From an uncultured cyanobacterium (GTDB lineage: Bacteria; Cyanobacteriota; Cyanobacteriia; Cyanobacteriales; Cyanobacteriaceae): a stretch of 64,000 nt of DNA. The stretch lies in the NCBI GenBank assembly GCA_963749915.1, contig CAVVOP010000008.1:608001-672000 (forward strand). The letters are read 5' to 3'. Positions within the stretch are counted from its first letter, which is position 1; each line of letters opens with the position of its first letter. This document shows positions 30,369-40,769 of this stretch, one piece after another. The notes under the pieces were generated by a model that had not been told where the DNA came from, did no database searches, and was given only the letters and a program-made list of their open reading frames with translations. The translations under genes were made by a program, and so were the position numbers.

Positions 30369-32750
30369 TTGTTTGTTAATTGTATTTATTGTATGGTTTC
30401 TTTAAGTTCAACTCCCATTTCTAAAGCCGAAAACGCCCCTGTCGATACGATAACCTTAGATATAAGTGGCATGAAGTGTGCTGGTTGTGTCAAATCTGTA
30501 GAAAAACAAATTAGCCAACATCAAGGGATTATTTCCGCTAACGTGAATCTAATTACTTCTGTAGCCTCAGTTAAATATCAATTAGGCATAGTGCAACCGG
30601 AAACCTTAGCCCAAAAACTAACTAATTCGGGGTTTCCCACCCAGGTAAGGTTAACCGATGACAGCGAGCAAAATCAACAGTTAATTATCCAACAAAAAAG
30701 ATTATCTGAGCAAAAAACTCAACAATATCAGTTAATTAGTGCCGCTTTTTTACTGCTTTTTTCGACCATCGGCCATTTACATCATCTCGGTTTACATCCT
30801 TGGCCTTGGTTGACTAATATTTGGTTTCATTGGGGTTTAGCTACTGCTAGTTTATTGATTCCGGGTCGAGAAATTTTACTTAACGGTTGGCAAGGTTTAT
30901 GGCAAAAAAGGCCGAATATGAATAGTTTAGTGGGTATGGGTGCTACAGGTGCTTACCTTACTAGCTGTATCGCCCTGATTTTTCCCAAATTGGGATGGGA
31001 GTGTTTTTTTGATGAACCAGTAATGTTGCTTGGATTTATCTTTTTAGGCAAGGTGTTAGAGTCGAGGGTGAGAAATAAAGCTGGGGATTCCCTAGAAACT
31101 TTACTCAATTTACGCCCCCAATTTGCTCGTTTGGTCGGTAAAAATAGCCCTTTTCAAGATCAAGGTTTACAAATTCCGGCAGTGCAAGTTAAGCCTGAAG
31201 AATGGATGAGAGTCTTGGCTGGGGAGCAATTTCCCGTCGATGGTGTCATTGTGGAAGGAGAAACTACCGTTGATGAGTCTTTACTTACGGGGGAGTCTTT
31301 ACCAGTATTTAAAACCAAAGGAGAAAAAGTTTGTGCGGGAACAATTAATCATTCTGGTATGGTGATTGTTGAGGCCTTTAATACCGGTAAAAATACGATT
31401 CTTAATCAAATCATTGCTACCGTCGAAGAAGCTCAAACTCGGAAAGCACCTGTGCAAAAGTTGGCGGATACGGTTTCAGGTTACTTCACTTATACTATCA
31501 TGGCGATCGCCTTATTTACCTTTAGTTTTTGGTATTTTTGGGGTACAGAAATTTGGTCACAGATTTTAGTGGAATTAGAGACAACGAAAATCCTCCTCAG
31601 CGTCAAATTGGCCATTGATGTACTAGTTATAGCTTGTCCTTGTGCTTTAGGGTTAGCTACTCCCACCGCCATTTTAGTAGGTACAACCATCGGTGCCGAA
31701 AATGGGTTATTAATTAAAGGGGGTGATGTGTTAGAACAAGTTAAAAACCTGAAAATCATTATCTTTGATAAAACGGGAACTCTAACTCAAGGATACCCAG
31801 AAATCACCGATATAATTAGTTACGATGGTGATAACTTCACCAGAAATCAGATTTTGGAAATCGCCGCTAGTTTAGAAATAGTTGCCAATCATCCTCTCGC
31901 CCAAAGTATTCTCAAAAAAGCTCGGCAGTTACAGTTAAACACTATGGAAACGAAAAAATTGAGCAGTTTTGTTGGCAAAGGAGTTCAAGGTATTGTTACC
32001 ATAGCCAAATCTGAAGATTGGTTTTATTTGGGGAATCAAACATGGTTAACGGAACATAATATTATGGTTAACGAGATGATCGCCCATCAAGTAGCACAAT
32101 TACAAAAAGAAGGTAAAACTGTCATTTATTTAGCTCATAATCATAATATTATCGGTGCCATTGCTTTAACCGATAGCCTCAGAAAAGAAGCCAAAGAAAC
32201 CATCGATAAATTACAAAAAATGGGCTTACAAGTGATCATGATCAGCGGAGATCAACCGGAAATAGCCAAAAATATTGCTCACCGACTAGGCATCAAAACT
32301 TATTACGGAGGAGTCGCACCCATGGAAAAAAGTGTCTTAATCCAACAAATCCAAGAACAAAACCCCGATCAAATAGTAGCGATGGTAGGTGACGGTGTTA
32401 ACGATGCCCCAGCCATGACCACCGCTCAATTTTCCATTGCCATGCCTCAAGGAGCGGAAGTAGCAATTAAAACTGCAGGAATAATACTCACCAGAGGAAA
32501 ATTAACCGATGTAATCACCGCCATTAATTTAAGTCAAATTACCCTCACAAAAATTAAACAAAACCTATTTTGGGCTTTAAGTTATAATCTTATCGCAATA
32601 CCCATCGCCGCAGGATGTTTATTAGCAAATTACCATATTCTCTTGAATCCCGGCACCGCAGGGGCTTTAATGGCATTAAGTTCGATTTTCGTTGTTAGTA
32701 ACTCTTTATTATTAAAATCCCAATTTAAAAAATTTCAACAATTTTCCTAA
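30369..32750 (+). CDS. ctaA: P1B-type Cu(I)-transporting ATPase, CtaA-like (start probably ATG 30393)
   Basis: GMKCAGC metal-binding domain, CPCALGLATP, DKTGT, GDGVNDAP, YN..AIP, MALSS. Confidence 0.8.
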   Translation: MFVNCIYCMVSLSSTPISKAENAPVDTITLDISGMKCAGCVKSVEKQISQHQGIISANVNLITSVASVKYQLGIVQPETLAQKLTNSGFPTQVRLTDDSEQNQQLIIQQKRLSEQKTQQYQLISAAFLLLFSTIGHLHHLGLHPWPWLTNIWFHWGLATASLLIPGREILLNGWQGLWQKRPNMNSLVGMGATGAYLTSCIALIFPKLGWECFFDEPVMLLGFIFLGKVLESRVRNKAGDSLETLLNLRPQFARLVGKNSPFQDQGLQIPAVQVKPEEWMRVLAGEQFPVDGVIVEGETTVDESLLTGESLPVFKTKGEKVCAGTINHSGMVIVEAFNTGKNTILNQIIATVEEAQTRKAPVQKLADTVSGYFTYTIMAIALFTFSFWYFWGTEIWSQILVELETTKILLSVKLAIDVLVIACPCALGLATPTAILVGTTIGAENGLLIKGGDVLEQVKNLKIIIFDKTGTLTQGYPEITDIISYDGDNFTRNQILEIAASLEIVANHPLAQSILKKARQLQLNTMETKKLSSFVGKGVQGIVTIAKSEDWFYLGNQTWLTEHNIMVNEMIAHQVAQLQKEGKTVIYLAHNHNIIGAIALTDSLRKEAKETIDKLQKMGLQVIMISGDQPEIAKNIAHRLGIKTYYGGVAPMEKSVLIQQIQEQNPDQIVAMVGDGVNDAPAMTTAQFSIAMPQGAEVAIKTAGIILTRGKLTDVITAINLSQITLTKIKQNLFWALSYNLIAIPIAAGCLLANYHILLNPGTAGALMALSSIFVVSNSLLLKSQFKKFQQFS

Positions 32751-32914
32751 AGTTGAGAAATTTAATGATCCTCAAAATAAAACATGGATAAAAAAACCCT
32801 CATGATGGATAATAGAAGTGTTCAATACCTAAGTATTTAGACTAAAATAAAAGAAGATCTTCTGAACTTTATAAAGACTTTATATCGATCACTATATTTA
32901 CTTAGAACTCTTTA

Positions 32915-33349
32915 ATGCTACAAAATCCAGCACAACCTCACAAATCGCATATTTTAATCGTCGAAGATGATAAAGGCAGACGAGAAATTCTCCTGAGAAA
33001 AAGTAAATATTCCATCGGCAGGGCCCAACAATCAGATATTAGAATCCATTCTCTCTTTGTCTCCCGTCATCATGCCACCATGATCAGACAATTTGACGAT
33101 CAGGGCTATGCTTATTATGAGATTGTAGATGGAGATGGTTATCAAAAAGGCAGTGCCAACGGTATTCTAGTTAACGGTAGAAAAGTTAGTAACCAACAAC
33201 TAAAACATGGGGATAAAGTAGTTTTTGGTCCACAGGTTTTCATTATCTATCAACATACTCAACGGGATATTTTCCCTTCTTTACCGGATGATCCTTTTGA
33301 CATTACACTAATTGACCCTGCTATGATGGCAAATGAATCGGAAGAGTAG
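32915..33349 (+). CDS. FHA domain protein
   Basis: IGR, VSRHHA, SANG motifs. Confidence 0.92.
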   Translation: MLQNPAQPHKSHILIVEDDKGRREILLRKSKYSIGRAQQSDIRIHSLFVSRHHATMIRQFDDQGYAYYEIVDGDGYQKGSANGILVNGRKVSNQQLKHGDKVVFGPQVFIIYQHTQRDIFPSLPDDPFDITLIDPAMMANESEE

Positions 33350-33420
33350 TCATCAACAATTAATCATAACTATTGGTTATAATTTCAAGATGTTAAATAA
33401 ATTATCCCCGACGAAGTTCT

Positions 33421-34590
33421 ATGGTCGTATCGTCAGATATAATCGCCAGTATAGCCAATGATTTAAGTAATTTACAGGAAACAAAAAGAGCTAAAAAATT
33501 AATCTTTTATGTAAGTCAAAGATATTGGGAGTCTGATTTTGCCATAGTGAACAGTTATTCTTTTGAATTTTTACTACAAAGTCTTTATGAAAGTAATCCT
33601 ACTATTGACGACATAAAGGCCCTACTATATCATGCGGTCAATACCCTCAATCGCAAAGAAGTTTACAATAAAATTGCTAACTATATATTTAAAAGAATGT
33701 CAGAGTTGTATAACAACACTGATATGAGTCTTGTTGATCAAAGCGTGAGTCAAGGGGATGAAGATGAATTAATCGATTACATTGTCGAAAATATTCAATA
33801 TCATGAAGAATTCCCCAGAATCAAAAAATTAATTTTCGCTACCTGTAAACAATATTGGGAAAATGATGTCAATGTGATCGAGATGTACGATCTCAGGAAA
33901 TTGTTATTGGAACTACACCAACATTATCCCAGTTCCCGAAGATTAAGAAAAGCCCTTGATGATATCGTTGCCACCATTAACCGTCAAAATTTTTATTCTT
34001 TTATCGCTGATACCATTATGGGGGAATTAACCCCTTTATATCAACACGAAACCAATGAAGTAATATCAGGGGTGGATACTGGGGAACAAGTAGTAGAAAC
34101 TGGATTAATTAAGGCTAAAAGTCACAATACCTCAGATCAACATTCCCAAGCTAATACTGCGGCAAAAGATTCCACCAATATTCAACCCCCCTCTGAATTA
34201 GAAAAATGTGATTCCTCTGACCCAGTGGCTGATATTGTTCCTAGTAGTGTTCCCGAAGGGCAAGTTATTCCTTGGCTTAAAATCGATAATCTTTTTGATC
34301 TCAAACAGGAGATCATGCAATATACGAATCCTCTGCGGGCTAAGATCATTTTATTCTATGCAGTTTATCAGATTGAACCCTCGGAACAACATTGGTCCAT
34401 CGTCCGCACCTGTAGTATAAATGATTTACTAATTAAAATACTTCAGCAGTACGACAAAAATATTAAAACCATTGAGACTCAATTATCACACGTAGCTAAC
34501 TCCAGTATAGAAGGCTTAGAGCCGGAAGATAATGCTCAAGCCGTTAGTGCCATCGTCGAATCTATTAAGCACTTTTATAAAAAGTCATAG
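33421..34590 (+). CDS. Hypothetical protein with repeated helical domain
   Basis: RAKKLIF..YWESD / RIKKLIF..YWEND / RAKIILF repeats. Confidence 0.75.
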   Translation: MVVSSDIIASIANDLSNLQETKRAKKLIFYVSQRYWESDFAIVNSYSFEFLLQSLYESNPTIDDIKALLYHAVNTLNRKEVYNKIANYIFKRMSELYNNTDMSLVDQSVSQGDEDELIDYIVENIQYHEEFPRIKKLIFATCKQYWENDVNVIEMYDLRKLLLELHQHYPSSRRLRKALDDIVATINRQNFYSFIADTIMGELTPLYQHETNEVISGVDTGEQVVETGLIKAKSHNTSDQHSQANTAAKDSTNIQPPSELEKCDSSDPVADIVPSSVPEGQVIPWLKIDNLFDLKQEIMQYTNPLRAKIILFYAVYQIEPSEQHWSIVRTCSINDLLIKILQQYDKNIKTIETQLSHVANSSIEGLEPEDNAQAVSAIVESIKHFYKKS

Positions 34591-34647
34591 ACATCGACAA
34601 AATCGAAATAAGAGACAATTAAATTATCAATTATCAATTATTGACCT

Positions 34648-35640
34648 ATGGAAGTTAATGAATTTATCGAACGTTATACCTCTGGAGAAAATCGCTTTAC
34701 GGGGGCAATGTTAGCCGGAATCGATCTTGTTGGTGCAGATTTAATTGGTATTATCCTTAATGAGGCTAATTTACAGAAGGCTAATCTAACTTTTTGTTAT
34801 TTAAGCCGTTCTAACTTTAGTCGAGCTAATTTAGTGGAAACTAACTTTAGTGGTGCGAATCTCAATCAGGCTAATTTAGTAGGTGCGGATCTTCATCGTT
34901 GCGAATTGCACGGGGCAATTTTACAAAAAGCCGACATGAGAAATGCACAATTAACTTTAGCCAACTTGTTAGATGCTAATTTAATTGAGGTGGATTTACG
35001 TTTTTCTGACTTAAGTAGTGCCAACCTTAAGGGTTGTTGTTTAAGGGGTGCAAATATGCGTCAAGAAAAGCGCTCTAAACCCACAAACTTAAAAGGTGCT
35101 AATTTAGATGGGGCTGACTTAAAAAGTGCTGATCTTCGGGGTGCAGATTTAACAAATGCGAGTTTAGTGGGTGCGAATCTGCGGGAAGTGAATTTACGAG
35201 GTTGTTTATTAATGGGTGCAGATTTAACCCAAGCTAATTTAAAAGGTGCTTTCTTAACCGATGCAGATTTGACTGGTGCAAAATTAATTGGTGCAAATCT
35301 TTCTAATGTTAAGCTCGAAAGGGCTAATTTCACCGATGCGGATCTGAGCATGATTAACTTAGAAAGTGCAACAATGCCTGATTGTAAATTAATTCGTGCT
35401 AATCTTATTCAAGCAAATATGAGTTTTGCCCGCCTTAACCGTGCGGATTTGAGTCGTGCTAATTTGTATGGTGCTGTTATGCGTAATGCTTCTTTAATGG
35501 AGGTGTTTTTTGCCCGTACTAATCTAACCTCCGCTGATTTAACTAACGCTAATTTAATTGGTGCTGATTTAACCAGTGCCAATATTACTGAGGTTAGTTT
35601 TGAAGGGGCGATTATGCCTGATGGTCAAGTTTATCATTAG
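34648..35640 (+). CDS. Pentapeptide repeat protein
   Basis: A(D/N)Lxx repeats throughout. Confidence 0.95.
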   Translation: MEVNEFIERYTSGENRFTGAMLAGIDLVGADLIGIILNEANLQKANLTFCYLSRSNFSRANLVETNFSGANLNQANLVGADLHRCELHGAILQKADMRNAQLTLANLLDANLIEVDLRFSDLSSANLKGCCLRGANMRQEKRSKPTNLKGANLDGADLKSADLRGADLTNASLVGANLREVNLRGCLLMGADLTQANLKGAFLTDADLTGAKLIGANLSNVKLERANFTDADLSMINLESATMPDCKLIRANLIQANMSFARLNRADLSRANLYGAVMRNASLMEVFFARTNLTSADLTNANLIGADLTSANITEVSFEGAIMPDGQVYH

Positions 35641-35710
35641 ACTTGTTGTGGAATTCAGGTAAGTAAAATATTAAGTTTAATGTGTAAATCTAAAATTAAT
35701 CTTCAATTTA

Positions 35711-36427
35711 ATGACTATTAAAAGTAAATCAGAAATTATCTCTCGTTTTCTCACTCCAGCGATTAAATTTTGGTTGCGATCGCAATTATCTACCGTTGAA
35801 GATTTAAAGATGGAAATTCATGCCGGAGATAAACAAATTTTGAGGGGAAAAATCAATGAAGTTTCAGTGCAAACAACTAAGGCCGTTTATCAAGATATTC
35901 ATATCAGTCAAGCCTCCGTTTCCACAGAAAATATTGCGGTGAATTTAGGGGGAATATTAAGAGGAAAACCGTTCAAATTATTACAACCAATCTTTGTTAA
36001 CGGCGAGTTAATTTTAACCATAGACGACCTACAAACTTCTCTTAATTCATCACTTTTAAGTCAAGGCTTAGTGGATTTAGTTGAACTTTTATTAGCACAT
36101 CAAGCCATAGAAGATTACAATAGAATCTTAGCAGAATATGAATTTAATTGGCACAATATCGTCCTGCATAACGATAAATTTGTGTTAAAAGCTATTCTAA
36201 CGAATAAACTCGGGGAAGTATTTAATTTAAGATTAGTCTCTAGTTTGACTTTAAACAATGGGAATACCTTATTATTTAACCCCATTAAAATTGACGGTAT
36301 TCCTTATTTAGACACGATAATTATCAATAATTTTGAAGTCGATTTAGGCACTGATGTAGAATTAGAGCAACTAATTTTAAATAGTGATCAATTATCTTGT
36401 TTAGGAAGAATAAAAGTAGTTAGTTAA
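35711..36427 (+). CDS. DUF2993/LmeA-like protein
   Basis: PAIKFWLRSQ...QILRGKI...GKPFKLLQP pattern. Confidence 0.75.
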   Translation: MTIKSKSEIISRFLTPAIKFWLRSQLSTVEDLKMEIHAGDKQILRGKINEVSVQTTKAVYQDIHISQASVSTENIAVNLGGILRGKPFKLLQPIFVNGELILTIDDLQTSLNSSLLSQGLVDLVELLLAHQAIEDYNRILAEYEFNWHNIVLHNDKFVLKAILTNKLGEVFNLRLVSSLTLNNGNTLLFNPIKIDGIPYLDTIIINNFEVDLGTDVELEQLILNSDQLSCLGRIKVVS

Positions 36428-36573
36428 CAATTAACAATTTTATTCTTGGGAATGTAAATAATTAGCAATTAAACTAGACTTAAAAAATATGGTTAACCTT
36501 CAACTATCAATTATGAACATTTACTGTTAAGTTATAATAAAGTTTAAAGATTTCTTAAGTAAAATAAAAAATT

Positions 36574-37668
36574 ATGTCTGTACTGGCGACCATCGCAGTT
36601 TTAGCTATTTTAATTGTCATTCACGAATTAGGGCATTTTGGGGCGGCAAGATTACAAGGTATCCGCGTCAGTAAATTCTCCATTGGTTTTGGTCCCGTGT
36701 TGGCCAAGCATGATGGAAAGGAAACCGAATACGCATTGAGGGCATTTCCCTTGGGAGGTTATGTTGGTTTTCCTGATGAGGATCCAGAGAGTAATATACC
36801 CTTGGATGATCCCAATTTACTGCGTAACCGTCCAATATTTGATCGAGCGATCGTCATCAGTGCTGGAGTGATAGCTAACCTAATTTTTGCATACTTCTTA
36901 TTAGTTGGTCAAGCGGTGACAGTAGGGGTTCAAGATATAAATTATCAACAGGGTGTATTGATACCGCAAGTTCTCACGGAAGTAAAATCTCCTGCCGCTA
37001 ACGCAGGTTTACAAAACGGTGATGTTATTTTAGCTATCAATAATCAAGTATTTTCCAGCGGTGAAACGGCGATGGAATCCTTGAGAAAAACCATACAAGA
37101 CTCCCCAAATCAGAGTTTAAACTTCACCATCAAAAGAAGCACTAAAACTTTTACTGTGGCTATTACCCCAGAATTGGGAGACAACGGCAAAGGTAAAATC
37201 GGTGTCATGTTAGCACCTAACGGAGAATTAATCAAACGTCGTCCCCATGGTCTTATTGAGGCCTTTACTGTGGGTGCGGAACAATTTGAACGTTATACAA
37301 ACCTGACTCTACAAGGTTTTGGGCAATTAATCACCAATTTTCAAGAAAGTGCAAAACAAGTAGCTGGACCAGTTGCCATCGTAGCTGTAGGTGCAGAATT
37401 AGCGAAAAATGACTTCGGAAACTTATTTCAATTTGGAGCATTAATCAGTATCAACCTTGCCATTATTAATATTTTACCCTTACCTGCCCTTGACGGCGGA
37501 CAATTAGCTTTTTTAGCGGTAGAAGGAATTTTCGGTAAACCCTTACCAAACAAATTACAGGAAGGCATTATGCAAACAGGCTTAGTCTTATTACTAGGTT
37601 TAGGTATCTTTTTAATCCTACGTGACACCGCCAATTTAGCTTTTTTTCAACAACTCTTCCCTGAGTAA
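36574..37668 (+). CDS. rseP: RIP metalloprotease RseP (M50 plus PDZ)
   Basis: HELGH, PLGGYV, NILPLPALDGG. Confidence 0.95.
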   Translation: MSVLATIAVLAILIVIHELGHFGAARLQGIRVSKFSIGFGPVLAKHDGKETEYALRAFPLGGYVGFPDEDPESNIPLDDPNLLRNRPIFDRAIVISAGVIANLIFAYFLLVGQAVTVGVQDINYQQGVLIPQVLTEVKSPAANAGLQNGDVILAINNQVFSSGETAMESLRKTIQDSPNQSLNFTIKRSTKTFTVAITPELGDNGKGKIGVMLAPNGELIKRRPHGLIEAFTVGAEQFERYTNLTLQGFGQLITNFQESAKQVAGPVAIVAVGAELAKNDFGNLFQFGALISINLAIINILPLPALDGGQLAFLAVEGIFGKPLPNKLQEGIMQTGLVLLLGLGIFLILRDTANLAFFQQLFPE

Positions 37669-37785
37669 AAAATAATTGTCTCAATTTTATGTTAATGATT
37701 TAGGTGAACAATTCAGGTTGATAGGAGCATCTTTATCTCTAAATCATCATGAACTTCAGCAAATTTTATTGGGAAAATGACGGTC

Positions 37786-39111
37786 TTACGTTAGCGGTGG
37801 GTTTAAATCCCCCGCTAACCCTCTTCCTGCCTCCTGCCTTTCAACTCCTGCCTTCTTTAAACGATCAGGGATGCCTTGACACCCCCCCGGAATAGTAGAA
37901 CGGGTATATTCTCCACCCCAACAACAACAATAATAACGATTTTCTTCACTGAGGTTTTTTACCCCGCTTAAGTTAGCTTTTTCAATAACAACACCCGTAC
38001 CTTCACCAGTGAGATAACTAGGGGCATGAATACGACTACGAGGAGTCGCGGTATTATAGTTCCCATAAAATAATTTGACACCTTTGAAATCTGCCCTCTC
38101 TAAATTAGCCTCACATAAAATAGTACGAGATAAATTAGTTTTAACCAGATCACATTTACTCAAATCCGTTCGCACCAGATTTGCTTCACTTAAATCAATC
38201 CACCGTAAATCTTGCCCTCTAAAATTACATCCTGCCAAAACAACCCCTAGATGAATTACTCTTGTACCAAATTGACGATCTTCTTCATAACCCCCAGATC
38301 CATCTAAAATTGGTCGCCCTAAATGACTATCTCTTCTCAATGGAGTTATTAAACGAGAACGAGATAAAAACCTTAATATTTTTGCTTTCCCTGATGCATC
38401 GACACTACTTAAAATTGCTGCTGTCCTACCCTCTGCGATCGCCCGTTCTTGAGGCCAATCTTCCAATAAACCATCAGGACCCAAAACTAGATCAGAAATA
38501 CCCTGAAAATAAGCATCAATAGTTTGTTGTTGAGTAATACGATTTTGTTGAATAGTTAAATCCTTAGAAATAACATACTGTTGCCATGCTACATACACCG
38601 CTAACACCGCAATCAAAATTTGCCCCAATGCCCCAACCCATTCAGCCCAAGAACCAAATTCATCATATTTAAAGGTATTTAGCCAGAAACCAACACGGCG
38701 ATATATCCCGAAATAATTTCCCAAAATAGCAACAGCAATTACTAAGCCGACAAAACCCACTAAAGTTTGCCTTTCTTGAGCAGTAAGAAAAAACTTGATC
38801 CATTCTTGAACATTGGGTACAACTTGGATCAAGGCAAAACTAAAAGCTAAAAGAGACCCAGTTAATCCTAACCAATGAATGCCAGAAAAAATACCGACAA
38901 GGGCAACCAATAAGGAGATAATAATCTTACCAGAATAAGATGTTTTTTCTTTCTTGATATAAGTTAGCTGTTTTGGCGGAATATCCCCCGAATTTAATTC
39001 TCCTTGAGGAGAAATAGAAGAATTAACCGGAATAACATTACCTTGGTCATTAGTTTTGTTTGATTTAATTAGATTATTAGACAGATTAGATTTTTCTATT
39101 TTTTCACTCAT
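37786..39111 (-). CDS. Membrane-anchored pentapeptide repeat protein
   Basis: N-terminal TM segments; QQQTIDAYFQGIS; C-terminal pentapeptide repeats. Confidence 0.85.
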   Translation of the reverse strand: MSEKIEKSNLSNNLIKSNKTNDQGNVIPVNSSISPQGELNSGDIPPKQLTYIKKEKTSYSGKIIISLLVALVGIFSGIHWLGLTGSLLAFSFALIQVVPNVQEWIKFFLTAQERQTLVGFVGLVIAVAILGNYFGIYRRVGFWLNTFKYDEFGSWAEWVGALGQILIAVLAVYVAWQQYVISKDLTIQQNRITQQQTIDAYFQGISDLVLGPDGLLEDWPQERAIAEGRTAAILSSVDASGKAKILRFLSRSRLITPLRRDSHLGRPILDGSGGYEEDRQFGTRVIHLGVVLAGCNFRGQDLRWIDLSEANLVRTDLSKCDLVKTNLSRTILCEANLERADFKGVKLFYGNYNTATPRSRIHAPSYLTGEGTGVVIEKANLSGVKNLSEENRYYCCCWGGEYTRSTIPGGCQGIPDRLKKAGVERQEAGRGLAGDLNPPLT

Positions 39112-39349
39112 GTTTGTGGATGTCGTTCGAGGATCGGTATTTTAAGGTTTTTACTTTATTGTGAGTGGAAGGAAAAACAACTATTAACTATTAATTATTA
39201 ACTATCAATTATCTATTATGTTAGTATCAGAACAGATAAGTCTCTTTTAGTTAAAATTGGCATTAGTTCATTTATTTAATTGAATGAAGTTACATTTTAA
39301 CTTCGGGATTTCCATTCCTTTATAAGTTTTCAGTATAGATTATTAGAAT

Positions 39350-40615
39350 ATGAGCATCACTAAACGTGGACTTGTTCTCGGTGCGACTGCATTGGCCGTA
39401 TCCAGTGTAGCGGTTACAGGCTTTGGACTTCGTTTTTCCCAAAGTCAGGCTTTTTTTCAAGATAGCCCGAAAGAACTAGTAGATGAAGTATGGCAGGTAA
39501 TTAATCGTAAATATGTAGATGCAACTTTTAACGGGGAAGATTGGCGCAAGGTTAGAACCGAATATTTAGATAAAAAATATTCCGATAAAGAACAAGCCTA
39601 CGAAGCCATTCGGGAAATGCTCAAAAAGCTCAACGATCCCTATACTCGCTTCATGAGTCCTGAAGAATTTAAAACCATGCAAATTGATACTTCAGGAGAA
39701 TTAACCGGGGTTGGTATTCAAATTACGAAAGAAGAAGACACGCAAAATATTGTTGTTATTTCTCCCATCGAAGACACTCCAGCTTTTAAGGCTGGGATTG
39801 TTTCTAAAGATATTATCCGGGAAATTGATGGTAAAAGTACCAAGGGAATGGAACTTAATGATGCTGTTTCCATGATTCGAGGTAAACCCGGTACTTCTGT
39901 TAAGATTGTCATTGAAAGAGATGGAAAAAATATCGACTTTACTATCACTAGAGCTAGTATTGAAATTCATCCCGTTAGGGCTAGAATTGACACTAATCAG
40001 GGGTTAGGAAAAGTTGAATATGTTCGCTTGGTTCAATTTAGTGGTAACGCTGCCCAGGAGATGAAACAAGCCATCCTCGATGGAGAAAAAGATAACGTGA
40101 CTGGTTATATTCTTGATTTACGATCGAATCCGGGAGGATTACTATACTCCAGTGTTGAAATTGCCAGAATGTTTATCAACGAGGGTAAAATCGTCTCTAC
40201 CGTTGACAGAGTTGGTGAAGTGGAAGCTCACAGTGCTGATGCTACAGCCTTAACCAGTAAACCCGTAGTTGTTTTGGTCGATGGCGGTTCCGCCAGTGCC
40301 AGTGAAATTCTTTCGGGAGCATTACAAGATCATAAGCGAGCTACAGTCGTCGGTACACAAACCTTTGGCAAAGGCTTAGTACAATCCGTCAGAGGATTAG
40401 GGGATGGTTCTGGTTTAGCGGTGACGATCGCCAAATATCTCACCCCTGATGGCAGAGATATTAATAAATATGGTATCACTCCTGATATAGTTTATGAGAT
40501 GACTGAACAAGAAAAAGAAGTCTTAATCAAAGATCGAACAAAAGTTGGCACCATCGAGGATGCACAATTTAAAAAGGCCATGGAAATTTTGTCTCAAGAA
40601 ATAGCCAAAAAATAA
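39350..40615 (+). CDS. ctpC: Carboxyl-terminal processing protease (S41), CtpC-like
   Basis: DLRSNPGG, SASASEI, TFGKG; the paralogue assignment rests on the ITKRGLVLGAT N-terminus and is tentative. Confidence 0.7.
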   Translation: MSITKRGLVLGATALAVSSVAVTGFGLRFSQSQAFFQDSPKELVDEVWQVINRKYVDATFNGEDWRKVRTEYLDKKYSDKEQAYEAIREMLKKLNDPYTRFMSPEEFKTMQIDTSGELTGVGIQITKEEDTQNIVVISPIEDTPAFKAGIVSKDIIREIDGKSTKGMELNDAVSMIRGKPGTSVKIVIERDGKNIDFTITRASIEIHPVRARIDTNQGLGKVEYVRLVQFSGNAAQEMKQAILDGEKDNVTGYILDLRSNPGGLLYSSVEIARMFINEGKIVSTVDRVGEVEAHSADATALTSKPVVVLVDGGSASASEILSGALQDHKRATVVGTQTFGKGLVQSVRGLGDGSGLAVTIAKYLTPDGRDINKYGITPDIVYEMTEQEKEVLIKDRTKVGTIEDAQFKKAMEILSQEIAKK

Positions 40616-40769
40616 TTAACAATTAACAATTAACATTTCTCCACCATATCCCTCAATTAGAAAGAAAATCCCTTCTATAGATTGTTAAGAACTGTTAAGA
40701 ATAATGACTGCAGTGTTTAATTAATCAAAATTTTCTGCAATTTAGACATTTATCATCACAAATAACCCT

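Noticed and set aside
34648..35640. Pentapeptide protein as a Qnr-type resistance gene
   Set aside because: Generic cyanobacterial pentapeptide repeat protein with no specific support
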